A DNA stretch of 64,000 nt from Gemmatimonadales bacterium (lineage in GTDB: Bacteria; Gemmatimonadota; Gemmatimonadetes; Gemmatimonadales; GWC2-71-9), in assembly GCA_035637235.1 (NCBI GenBank), contig DASPXO010000245.1, positions 9,591-73,590 of the forward strand, in the 5' to 3' direction. Both the position numbers and the translations under genes were made by a program. The notes beneath the pieces are model-generated. The model was not told the DNA's origin, did no database searches, and saw only the letters and a list, made by a program, of their open reading frames with translations. Positions 16,924 to 25,207 of the stretch are shown in pieces; the first letter of the stretch is position 1; each line of letters begins with the position of its first letter.

Positions 16924-18027
16924 ATGCACAATGCAATTACACGGCCTGTCGTGCTGGCCGCACCGGCCGCCTTCAAGGGTACATTCGGCCCCCGACAGGT
17001 TGCCGAAGCGGTCGCGGCCGGCATCCGGCGCGCCCTGCCGGGGGCTGCGATGCTGCTATGCCCGATCTCGGACGGGGGCGACGGCCTGCTCGATGCCGTG
17101 CTGCCGCCCGACTCCCGGCGCGAGCACGTCCCAGTGACCGGCCCGCTCGGCGCACCGGTGAAGGGCGTGCTCGGCTGGGTCGATGCCGAGACGGCGATCT
17201 TCGAGAGTGCGACCGCGTGCGGGATCGCGCTGCTCCGGCCGGAGGAGCTCGATCCGCTGCGCACCACGACGCGGGGCGTGGGCGAGCTGATCCGGGAGGC
17301 GGTGGAGCGTGGCGCCAAAGTGGTCGTCGTGGGGCTGGGAGGCTCGGCGACGGTGGACGGCGGGACCGGCGCCGGGCGCGGGCTGGGGTGGACGTGTCGG
17401 GATGCTGAGGGCGCGCCGCTGCCCGACGGTGGCGGGGCGCTGGCGCGGCTCGCCGACTTGGGCGGCGGCTGGGCGCGGGGGCTCGAGGCCCGGGTCATCG
17501 CGCTCGCCGACGTGACGACGCCGCTGGTCGGCCCGGAGGGAGCGGCACCGGTGTTCGGCCCCCAGAAGGGAGCCGGCCCGGAGGGCGTGAAGCTCCTGGC
17601 ACGCGGCCTCGAGCGCCTGGCGCAGCTCATGGCGCGGCACGGGCGGCCCGACCTCGGGACGCTCGCCGGCGGCGGAGCGGCGGGGGGGCTCGGCGCCGGA
17701 CTGGCGTTTTTCGCGAAGGCGCAACTCACGCCGGGGGCCGAGTGGGTGCTGTCCCGGGTGGGGTTTGACGCGGCCCTCGCCCGGGCGGACTTCGTCGTCA
17801 CGGGCGAGGGGTCGTTCGACCGCACGTCGCTCGTCGGCAAGGCGTCGGGGGAGGTGGTACGCCGCGCTCAGGCGGCGAAAAAGCAGCTCGCGGTCGTGGC
17901 CGGGAAGGTCGAGGGCTGGAGCGGCGTGCACGCCCTGGACGGCGGGGGCGGCGTGCTCGACGCCGCGGGGATCGCGGCGCTCGCCGAGCGGGCGACGCGG
18001 GAAGCGTTCGGGTTGCCTCAGGCCTAG
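16924..18027 (+). CDS. Glycerate kinase
   Basis: AAPAAFKGT, PISDGGDG, GLGGSATVDGGTG and VVTGEGSFD are typical of the glycerate kinase family. 367 aa. Confidence 0.85.
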   Translation: MHNAITRPVVLAAPAAFKGTFGPRQVAEAVAAGIRRALPGAAMLLCPISDGGDGLLDAVLPPDSRREHVPVTGPLGAPVKGVLGWVDAETAIFESATACGIALLRPEELDPLRTTTRGVGELIREAVERGAKVVVVGLGGSATVDGGTGAGRGLGWTCRDAEGAPLPDGGGALARLADLGGGWARGLEARVIALADVTTPLVGPEGAAPVFGPQKGAGPEGVKLLARGLERLAQLMARHGRPDLGTLAGGGAAGGLGAGLAFFAKAQLTPGAEWVLSRVGFDAALARADFVVTGEGSFDRTSLVGKASGEVVRRAQAAKKQLAVVAGKVEGWSGVHALDGGGGVLDAAGIAALAERATREAFGLPQA

Positions 18028-18053
18028 CCGGCGGTCTATTTTCCCGCGCTCCT

Positions 18054-19394
18054 ATGCCCCCCAACGACGGCGTGATGGACAAGCTCGTGTCCCTCGCCAA
18101 GCGACGCGGCTTCGTCTTCCAATCGTCCGAGATCTACGGCGGTGTGGGGTCGGTGTGGGACTACGGCCCGCTCGGCGTCGAGCTCAAGAAGAACATCAAA
18201 GAGCAGTGGTGGCGCTCGCTGGTGCACGAGCGCGACGACATCGAGGGCCTGGACGCGGCGATCCTGATGCACCCCAGGGTGTGGGAGGCGTCCGGCCACG
18301 TCGCGGGGTTCACCGATCCGCTGGTGGACTGCAAGCAGTGCAAGAATCGCTTCCGCGCCGACGACCCGCGCATCAAGGGCACCCCCGGCCAGCCCGACGC
18401 GCAGTGCCCGGTGTGCGGCACCCGGGGTGCTCTCACCGCACCGCGCCTGTTCAATCTGATGTTCAAGACGTTCATGGGGCCGGTCGAAGAAGCGGCCGCC
18501 GTGGTGTACCTGCGTCCCGAGACGGCCCAGGGGATTTACGTCAACTACCTCAACGTGCTGCAGTCGTCGCGCCAGAAGATTCCCTTCGGCATCGCCCAGA
18601 TCGGCAAAGCGTTCCGGAACGAGATCACCCCGGGGAACTTCATCTTCCGCACCCGGGAATTCGAGCAGATGGAGATGCAGTTCTTCGTGAAGCCGGGGAC
18701 GGACCAGGAGTGGTTCGAGTTCTGGCGCCACGAGCGGATGAAGTGGATGGTGGAGCGGCTCAAGATCCGCCCGGAGAAGCTGCGGTTCCACCAGCACACG
18801 CCGCAGGAGCTCGCCCATTACGCCAAGGATGCGTACGACATCGAGTACGAGTTCCCCTTCGGCTGGAACGAGTTCGAGGGAGTCCACAACCGCGCGAGCT
18901 TCGACCTGTCGCGCCACCAGGAGTACTCGGGGAAAAGGCTCGAGTACTTGGACGCCGCAACGAAGGAGCGCTTCATCCCTTACGTGGTCGAGACGTCGGC
19001 GGGCGCCGACCGGACGACGCTGGTGGTGCTGTGCGACGCGTATCACGAAGAGGAGGTCGCGGGCGAGCTGCGCGTCGTGCTGCGGCTGCACCCGGCGCTC
19101 GCGCCGCTGAAGGCGGCCGTGTTCCCGCTCGTGAACAAGGACGGGATGCCGGAGCTGGCGCGCCGCATCTACGACGACGTGCGCCGGCAGCACCACCTGT
19201 TCTACGACGACGGCGGCTCGATCGGGCGGCGCTACCGGCGCCAGGACGAAGCCGGCACCCCGTTCGGGGTGACCGTGGACGGCCAGTCGACCCAGGACGG
19301 GACGGTCACCGTGCGGGATCGCGACACGCTGCAGCAGATTCGCCTGGCCGCCGATCGGCTCGGTGAGTACCTGGCGGAGCGGCTGAAGAGCTGA
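18054..19394 (+). CDS. glyQS: Glycyl-tRNA synthetase (dimeric class II type)
   Basis: RRGFVFQSSEIYGG, WDYGPLGVELKKNI, FRNEITPGNFIFRTREFEQMEMQFF and ETSAGADR motifs. The start could instead be the ATG at 18075 (MDKLV). Confidence 0.93.
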   Translation: MPPNDGVMDKLVSLAKRRGFVFQSSEIYGGVGSVWDYGPLGVELKKNIKEQWWRSLVHERDDIEGLDAAILMHPRVWEASGHVAGFTDPLVDCKQCKNRFRADDPRIKGTPGQPDAQCPVCGTRGALTAPRLFNLMFKTFMGPVEEAAAVVYLRPETAQGIYVNYLNVLQSSRQKIPFGIAQIGKAFRNEITPGNFIFRTREFEQMEMQFFVKPGTDQEWFEFWRHERMKWMVERLKIRPEKLRFHQHTPQELAHYAKDAYDIEYEFPFGWNEFEGVHNRASFDLSRHQEYSGKRLEYLDAATKERFIPYVVETSAGADRTTLVVLCDAYHEEEVAGELRVVLRLHPALAPLKAAVFPLVNKDGMPELARRIYDDVRRQHHLFYDDGGSIGRRYRRQDEAGTPFGVTVDGQSTQDGTVTVRDRDTLQQIRLAADRLGEYLAERLKS

Positions 19395-19399
19395 GGCCT

Positions 19400-19481
19400 C
19401 AATTGCGGATTGCGAATTGCGCATTGCGGATTGGACGCCCGCCCTTCGAATCCGCAGTCCGCAATCCGCAATCCGCAATTG
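19400..19481. repeat. Long imperfect hairpin built from heptamer tandem repeats (TTGCGGA-type arm versus AATCCGC-type arm)
   Basis: Left arm caattgcggattgcgaattgcgcattgcggatt (19400-19432), 16-nt loop, right arm aatccgcagtccgcaatccgcaatccgcaattg (19449-19481). About 33 bp with 3 mismatches. Starts 6 nt after the glyQS stop and ends at the GGGAGGG Shine-Dalgarno of the next gene. Confidence 0.9.
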
Positions 19482-19494
19482 GGAGGGCGGTGCG

Positions 19495-20196
19495 GTGAGG
19501 CTGGATGACTTCCGGACGCTGGTCGACCGCCTCCTGAAGGACGTCCCTCCGACGTATCTGGAGGGGGTGGTGGCGGTGGAAGTGAGCCCCAAGGTCGTCC
19601 CCCACCCCCTGCGCGGCGACGTCTACACCCTCGGCGAGTGCATCCCCCTCGAATGGAGCGGCAGCGGGGCTGACCTGCAGTCGCGGATCGTCCTGTATCA
19701 CGGCTCGTTCGAGGGCCTCGCGCGGCTCGGGGAGCTCGCGTGGCGCGAGGAGGCGTGGGAGACGCTCACCCATGAGCTGCGCCATCACCTCGAGTGGCGC
19801 GCCAACGCGGGGGCGCTCGAGGCGTACGACTGGGCCGCCGAGGAGAACTTCAAACGGCACGCGGGGCAGCCGTTCGACCCCGTGTTCTATCGGTCGGGCG
19901 AGCAGGTCGCGGACGGGATCTGGAAGGTCGACGACGACGTGTTCATCGAGCGGCAGGAGAAGGCGAGCGGGAAGGGGGAAGGGCTGGAGCTCGTCTGGCA
20001 CGGGCGGCGCTACCGGGCGCGGGTGCCGCGCGCGCGCGGGCGCGCGCCGGCGTTCTTCGTGCTCGAGGGCCTCGCCGAGCCGCCGCCGGGCGATGCGGTC
20101 TTGGTGCTGCGCCGCACAGCGTCGCCCCTGGACCTGCTCCGCACGACGCCGGCTCCGGTTCAGCAGGCCGTCACCCTCGAGCCGCTCGATGCCTAA
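19495..20196 (+). CDS. Zincin-like metallopeptidase family protein (DUF1025-like) with a ~100-aa C-terminal extension
   Basis: F..LV..LL..VP, LG.C.PL and RIVLYHGSFE followed by THELRHHLEW (HExxH) match the pattern I recall for PF06262-type proteins. GTG start 8 nt after GGGAGGG. Confidence 0.55.
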   Translation: MRLDDFRTLVDRLLKDVPPTYLEGVVAVEVSPKVVPHPLRGDVYTLGECIPLEWSGSGADLQSRIVLYHGSFEGLARLGELAWREEAWETLTHELRHHLEWRANAGALEAYDWAAEENFKRHAGQPFDPVFYRSGEQVADGIWKVDDDVFIERQEKASGKGEGLELVWHGRRYRARVPRARGRAPAFFVLEGLAEPPPGDAVLVLRRTASPLDLLRTTPAPVQQAVTLEPLDA

Positions 20197-20491
20197 GCGC
20201 GCTTTTCTCGGGACGCACGATCTGCTGTTTCGCTCGAAGCTCGAGGGCCTGGTGAAAGCCGGCGGCTGGGAAGTCACGCGGGACGAAGCGGCATGCGAGG
20301 TCGCCGTCCTGGAAATCGAGGCCGGCGCGACGGACCGGATCCGGGGATTCGTCGCGCGCGGGGTTCCGGTGCTCGCCTATGGCTCGCACGTCCGAGCGGA
20401 CCTGCTGCGCGCCGCGCGCGAAGCGGGTGCGACCGCGGTGCCGAATTCGAGCCTCGAGGGGAAGCTCCGGGAGCTGATGGACGCGCTCTAG
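20189..20491 (+). CDS. Hypothetical 100-aa protein
   Basis: ATG overlaps the upstream stop (ATGCCTAA). Amino-acid composition looks coding-like. No motif recognised. Confidence 0.45.
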   Translation: MPKRAFLGTHDLLFRSKLEGLVKAGGWEVTRDEAACEVAVLEIEAGATDRIRGFVARGVPVLAYGSHVRADLLRAAREAGATAVPNSSLEGKLRELMDAL

Positions 20492-20503
20492 GCTTCCCCG
20501 AGG

Positions 20504-20971
20504 TTACGTCGACGCGACCTGCACCGCGATCTGGCGGGGCTTCGCCTTCTCGACCTTCGGCAGCGTCACCGTGAGCACGCCGTGCTCGTAGGTGGCCTTG
20601 ATGTTGTTCGCGTCCACGGTGATCGGCAGCGTGAAGCTGCGCTCGAACGCGCCGTAGGTCCGCTCGTAGCGGTGTACGCGCTCCGTACGCTCCTCGGCGA
20701 CCTGCTCTTTGGTCCCGCGGATCGTGAGGACGTTGTTCTCGAGCGAGATCTTGACGTCTTCGGGCTTCACCCCGGGCACTTCGGCCGTGATGCGGATTGC
20801 ATCGGGCTGCTCGAGGATGTCCACCGGCGGCACCCACGACGCGCCCGCGTTGTCGCGGTACTGCCAGTCGAAGTTGCCCAGCGCTTCGTTGAAGAGGCGG
20901 CTCATCCGGCGCTCGAGATTGGACGCCTCCACCGCCGGATCCCTCAAGCTACGAGTAGTCGTGACGAGCAT
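20504..20971 (-). CDS. Hsp20/alpha-crystallin small heat-shock protein
   Basis: WVPPVDI.E, ITAEVPGVKPEDVKISLENNVLTIRG, F.RSFTLP and A.YEHGVLTVTLPK motifs. ATG at 20971 preceded by GGAGGTG. Confidence 0.92.
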   Translation of the reverse strand: MLVTTTRSLRDPAVEASNLERRMSRLFNEALGNFDWQYRDNAGASWVPPVDILEQPDAIRITAEVPGVKPEDVKISLENNVLTIRGTKEQVAEERTERVHRYERTYGAFERSFTLPITVDANNIKATYEHGVLTVTLPKVEKAKPRQIAVQVAST

Positions 20972-21278
20972 GGTCCAGCACCTCCGCTGTTGGACAGGTG
21001 ACTCAGTGACTCGCTGCTGCTCTGCGCCCGCGCCGTCAGGCAAAGGGCGTGCCCACCCAAGGTGCCGTCCTGACCGCGTGCGCCGCTCAGATTGACCGAC
21101 CGCGCTGCCGCTCTGACATAATCGAGTCGGGGACGCGTTCCACCTGGCGCGTGCGATCAGTCCTCCAGGTGCGTCGCGGCTGCTTTGGGCGTGGATCGCG
21201 CGGGGGTGTCAGCCCGGCACGCGGGGCTCTATCTTTCTCGCTCACAGCCCCTGGTGCCGCAGACCTGAGGAACCATCG

Positions 21279-22352
21279 ATGACGAGACTTGTTGCGGCTG
21301 TGCTTGTGGCCGCGCTCGGCGGGAGCGGCGCGGACGTGCCGAGCTACCGCATCCTGGTCTCGAGCGAGTCGGGGGACGTCGTCACCCAGCTGACCTGGGA
21401 CGGGGCGGCGCTCGAGACCGTGCGGGTCGTGCCGGTCGGGGTCATGCCGGTGGACATCGACGGTCCGCACAACGTGACGGTCTCACCCGATGGGAAGTAC
21501 TGGTACGTGACGATCGCCCACGGCACGCCGTACGGCAGCCTCTGGAAGATGGCGGCGGGCGCCGACACGGTCGTGGGGAAGGCGCCGGTCGAGATGTTCC
21601 CGACGACCATCTCGCTCACGCCGGACGGCGAGCTCGCCTTCGTGGCGAACTCCGACTTCCACGGCGACCATCCGCGCATGAACGTCGTGTCCATCATCTA
21701 CACGCCGCAGATGGTGACCATCACGAACCTGCCGGCATGCGACATGCCTCATGGGGTGAAGGTGAATCACGCGGGGACGCGGGTCTACGTGACCTGCATG
21801 AACTCGGACGAGGTGCTCGAGATCGACCGGGCGCGGCTCGCGATCACCCGGCGCCACAAGACGGGTGCCGGGATGACCCACATGACGGCTCCTGCGGCCG
21901 GTGGCGCGGCGTCCTCCGACTGCTCGCCCACCTTCGTGTCGGTGTCTCCCGACGACCGGCGCTTGTACGTGGCCTGCAACCACGGCAACTCCCTCCAGGT
22001 GCTGGACGCCGCCACACTGGACCCGGTCAAGGAAATCCCGACCGGGGCCGGCGCCTACAACACCGAGCCGTCTCCCGACGGCAAGTGGATCATCGTCACC
22101 AACAAGAAGGATAAGAGCGTCTCCTTGATCGACGCCGCAGCGCTGACCGAGGTGGCTCGGATCCCGACGCCGAAGGCGTTCCCGCACGGGGTCGCCTACT
22201 CGCCGGACAACCGCTATGCGTTCATCTCCCAGGAGAGCAAGGGTGTGGACCCCGGCGCCGTGAGCGTCATCGACTTGGTGACGAAGGCCCTCGTGGCGAG
22301 CGTCGCCGTGCCGCTCCAGCCGACCGGGATCACGATCCTGCGCCAGCCGTGA
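21279..22352 (+). CDS. Secreted YVTN-type beta-propeller repeat protein
   Basis: N-terminal signal peptide. Repeated SPDGKYWYVT, TPDGELAFVAN, GTRVYVTC, DRRLYVACN, SPDGKWIIVTN and SPDNRYAFIS blades, each followed by V(L)(E/D)ID-type strands. Confidence 0.75.
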   Translation: MTRLVAAVLVAALGGSGADVPSYRILVSSESGDVVTQLTWDGAALETVRVVPVGVMPVDIDGPHNVTVSPDGKYWYVTIAHGTPYGSLWKMAAGADTVVGKAPVEMFPTTISLTPDGELAFVANSDFHGDHPRMNVVSIIYTPQMVTITNLPACDMPHGVKVNHAGTRVYVTCMNSDEVLEIDRARLAITRRHKTGAGMTHMTAPAAGGAASSDCSPTFVSVSPDDRRLYVACNHGNSLQVLDAATLDPVKEIPTGAGAYNTEPSPDGKWIIVTNKKDKSVSLIDAAALTEVARIPTPKAFPHGVAYSPDNRYAFISQESKGVDPGAVSVIDLVTKALVASVAVPLQPTGITILRQP

Positions 22353-22627
22353 CCCACATGACGACCGTTCGGCTGCCGCCCGCCGACGTGCTGCAGCGGG
22401 CGAAGCAGTTCTTTGCCGAGCGGGTGCCCCACGCGGCGGCGTTCGTGGAAAAAGAGGGACCCCGTTTCGTCGTGCTGCGCGGGCAGGGTGGGGAGGAGGT
22501 CGTGTTCAGCGCCTGGGCGGACGAGGCGGGACGGACGCGGGTGCGGGCGTCGACGCTGTTCTTCGACCAGGCGGTGGACCGGTTCTTCTCGACCCTGCCG
22601 CTCGAGTCGGGCGTCGAAGTCGCGTGA
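22349..22627 (+). CDS. Hypothetical 92-aa protein
   Basis: ATGA overlap with the YVTN gene's stop. Non-repetitive, balanced composition. No motif recognised. Confidence 0.5.
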   Translation: MTHMTTVRLPPADVLQRAKQFFAERVPHAAAFVEKEGPRFVVLRGQGGEEVVFSAWADEAGRTRVRASTLFFDQAVDRFFSTLPLESGVEVA

Positions 22628-22899
22628 CGGCGGTGGCGGAGCGGTTCCCGGTGCGCGTGATGGTGACGGACGTGTGGGACCAGGTGTTGCTCGCCGTCGA
22701 GCCCGCGACCACGGCGGCGGAGCTGAAGCGGCAAGCATTGACCCAGGCCCTGAAGCGGGACTCGCTGCTGCTGGACGACTACGTCCTCAAATTCCGCGGC
22801 GCCCAGGTGCTGGACGAGTTCCTGACGCTGGGCGAGCTCGGCGCGGGGCCGAACGCCGCATTCGTCGTGCTGCCCGCGCGGCGGCAGCCGGTGCGATGA
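22624..22899 (+). CDS. Hypothetical 91-aa protein
   Basis: GTGA overlap with the upstream stop. Balanced composition. No motif recognised. Confidence 0.5.
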   Translation: MTAVAERFPVRVMVTDVWDQVLLAVEPATTAAELKRQALTQALKRDSLLLDDYVLKFRGAQVLDEFLTLGELGAGPNAAFVVLPARRQPVR

Positions 22900-23177
22900 C
22901 GCCGCACCGCTCGGCCGCGCGGCACCGGGCGCTCACCACGCTCGCCGTCGGGTTCCTCGCGCTCGACGCGCTGCTGCTGGTGTACTCCGGGCTGAGCCTC
23001 GGCCGCGTGTGGCTCACCGTGGGTGGTGGGCTCTGCGCGCTCGCCGCGGTGCTCGTCGTCGTCGGCTGGCGCCGCTACCGGCGCGTGTTGACGGAGCTCG
23101 ACGCGGCGCGACAGGAGATGCGGGCCGAGGTCGAGTCGATACGGGAATTGCTGCGAGGACCAGGGGCTAGGGACTAG
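22896..23177 (+). CDS. Hypothetical 93-aa membrane protein (two predicted TM segments plus a charged helical tail)
   Basis: ATGA overlap with the upstream stop. LTTLAVGFLALDALLLVYSGL and VWLTVGGGLCALAAVLVVVGW, followed by RRYRRVLTELDAARQEMRAEVESIREL. Confidence 0.55.
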   Translation: MTPHRSAARHRALTTLAVGFLALDALLLVYSGLSLGRVWLTVGGGLCALAAVLVVVGWRRYRRVLTELDAARQEMRAEVESIRELLRGPGARD

Positions 23178-23260
23178 GGGCTGGGGACTAGGGGCTAGAT
23201 TAGCCCCAGCCCCGAACCTCCACTCGCTAGCTGCTCGCCCCAGCCCCCAGCCCCTAGTCC
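23163..23260. repeat. G-rich tandem repeats (GGGGCTAGGGACTAG-type) forming nested inverted repeats that span the whole intergenic gap
   Basis: Direct units at 23163-23198. Local 7-bp hairpin ggggcta-gat-tagcccc (23191-23207). Perfect 16-bp long-range inverted repeat, ggactaggggctgggg (23171-23186) with ccccagcccctagtcc (23245-23260), ending 1 nt before the next ATG. Confidence 0.85.
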
Positions 23261-24163
23261 ATGCCCGTCCCCGTCCTGTTTCACCCCGCGTGCCAGCGTC
23301 ATGACCCCGGCCTCGGACACCCCGAGCGGCCCGGGCGCATCGCGGCGGTGCTGGAGGGACTGCGTGCGCCCGACGTCGCCCCTCTCGTGGAGTGGTGCGA
23401 GGCGCGCCTCGCGCCGCGCGCGGCCGTCGAGCGGGTGCATCCGGCGCGCTACCTCGACGGCCTCGAGCGGCTGGCCGCGCAGGGCGGTGGCGTCCTCGAC
23501 GCGGACACGGTGATGAGCGCGGACAGCTGGGACGCCTGCATGGCCGCGGCGGGGACCGCGATCGGCGCGGTGGAGCGGGGGATCGCCGCGGGCGCCGCGT
23601 TCGGTGCGACACGGCCGCCGGGCCATCACGCGCTCGCCGCGCGCGCCATGGGGTTCTGTCTCGTCAACAACGTCGTCGTCGCGGCGCGGCACGCGCAGCA
23701 CCTGGGCACGGAGCGGGTGCTGATCGTGGATTGGGACGTGCACCACGGGAATGGCACGCAGGCGTTGGTGGAGCAGGACCCGTCGATCCGCTACGTCTCG
23801 ATGCATCAGTATCCGTGGTATCCCGGAACGGGCGCGGAGCACGAGCGCGGGGTGGGGAACGTCTTCAACGTGCCGCGGCCCCCGGGGCTCCTCCGCGAGG
23901 TGTACGTCCACGACTTGCTGGCGGTGGTGGACCGGGCGCTGGCCGGCTGGCGGCCCGATCTGCTGCTCGTGTCGGCCGGGTTCGACTCCCTGGCGGGTGA
24001 CCCGCTCGGCGGCTTCACGCTCGAGCCCGAGGACATGGCGCGCTGGACCACGGCGTTCCGCGAGCGCGTCGCGCCGGCGCCGGTCGTGGGGGTGCTCGAG
24101 GGCGGCTACCGGCTCGACCTGCTCGCCGCGGGCGCGCGCGCACTCGTGCGCGCGCTTGCATGA
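23261..24163 (+). CDS. Histone deacetylase-family amidohydrolase (AcuC/HDAC-like)
   Basis: [36 protein letters not shown] and LEGGY motifs. Confidence 0.9.
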   Translation: MPVPVLFHPACQRHDPGLGHPERPGRIAAVLEGLRAPDVAPLVEWCEARLAPRAAVERVHPARYLDGLERLAAQGGGVLDADTVMSADSWDACMAAAGTAIGAVERGIAAGAAFGATRPPGHHALAARAMGFCLVNNVVVAARHAQHLGTERVLIVDWDVHHGNGTQALVEQDPSIRYVSMHQYPWYPGTGAEHERGVGNVFNVPRPPGLLREVYVHDLLAVVDRALAGWRPDLLLVSAGFDSLAGDPLGGFTLEPEDMARWTTAFRERVAPAPVVGVLEGGYRLDLLAAGARALVRALA

Positions 24164-24190
24164 GCGCGCCGTGTTTCCGATACTTCAGCC

Positions 24191-25207
24191 GTGACCGAGG
24201 TCGTCGCGCAGCCGCAGGTTTCCAAGCACTGGCCCGCCAGCATCTACCGGCGTCCCGATGGGGCCCTGGAGCAATGCCTCTCGCCGGCCCGGTTGCGGGA
24301 GGTCGTGGGGTCGGGCGAGGGCGAGCTATGGGTCGACATCGACAGCACCGACATGCACCAGCATGCGCTGCTCGAGAAGGTGTTCGAGTTCCACCCCCTG
24401 GCCGTCGAGGACACGCTGTCACCCAGGACGCGGGTCAAGCTGGAGGAATACGACCGCTACGTGTTCGTGGTGATGGCGGGCATCCGCTTCGATCGCACCA
24501 CGGCCGATCCGTTCGACCTCGAGACCTTCAACCTCTACTACTTCCTCGGCAAGAACTTCCTGGTCACCGTCCACGCCGTCGCGGCGACGGGGTGCGAGGC
24601 GGTGCGCGAGCGGCTGGTGCGCAGCTCCGATCTCCTCACCCGCGGAGCGGAGGCGACCATGCACGCCATCATCGACCAGGCGGTGGACGCCTACTTCCCG
24701 CTGGTCGAGCAGATGAACGCGCTGGTGGATCGGCTCGAGGAGCGGCTGTTCGCGGAGTTCGACGAGGGCCTCATCCACGAGATCTTCCGGGCGAAACGCG
24801 CCGCGTTCGCGTTCCGCCGCCACGTCGGGCCGTTGCGCGAAGTGCTGAACACGCTCACCAACCGCCCCTCGGCGTACATCCGGCCGGAGACGCAGCTCTA
24901 CTATCGGGACGTGTACGATCACACGATCCGCATCATGGAATCGGTGGACTCGACCCGCGACCTGCTCGCCGGCGTGCTGGAGACGTACCTGTCCCAGACG
25001 TCCAATCGCATGAACAAGGTGATGAAGCAGCTCTCGATCGTGTCCACGATCGCGCTTCCGCTCATCGTCATCGGCGGGATCTACGGGATGAACTTCAGCA
25101 GGCTCCCGTTCGCCGATGATCCCCTGGGCTTCTACTTGGCCCTCGCGTCGATGGTCGTCGTGTCGGTGGGCATCCTGGGGTGGCTGAAGCGGCAGCGATG
25201 GCTCTGA
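24191..25207 (+). CDS. corA: Magnesium/cobalt transporter CorA
   Basis: 338 aa. C-terminal two TM segments with the YGMNF signature. N-terminal WVDI...E..HPLAVED pattern. Confidence 0.92.
   Translation: MTEVVAQPQVSKHWPASIYRRPDGALEQCLSPARLREVVGSGEGELWVDIDSTDMHQHALLEKVFEFHPLAVEDTLSPRTRVKLEEYDRYVFVVMAGIRFDRTTADPFDLETFNLYYFLGKNFLVTVHAVAATGCEAVRERLVRSSDLLTRGAEATMHAIIDQAVDAYFPLVEQMNALVDRLEERLFAEFDEGLIHEIFRAKRAAFAFRRHVGPLREVLNTLTNRPSAYIRPETQLYYRDVYDHTIRIMESVDSTRDLLAGVLETYLSQTSNRMNKVMKQLSIVSTIALPLIVIGGIYGMNFSRLPFADDPLGFYLALASMVVVSVGILGWLKRQRWL

Noticed and set aside
20998-21014. Tandem GTGACTCA GTGACTCG units in the hsp20 5' region, considered as a heat-shock control element (CIRCE, ROSE or sigma-32 promoter).
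   Set aside because: It does not resemble CIRCE (TTAGCACTC-N9-GAGTGCTAA). No CTTGAA...CCCCAT sigma-32 pattern was found upstream, and there is no ROSE-like extended hairpin masking the Shine-Dalgarno. Noted but unsupported.
22624-22899. The 91-aa ORF as a ubiquitin-like beta-grasp protein functionally linked to the JAMM gene at 63397.
   Set aside because: The fold guess rests only on size and a vague hydrophobic pattern. There is no C-terminal Gly-Gly, and the JAMM gene is 40 kb away. No support from the sequence.
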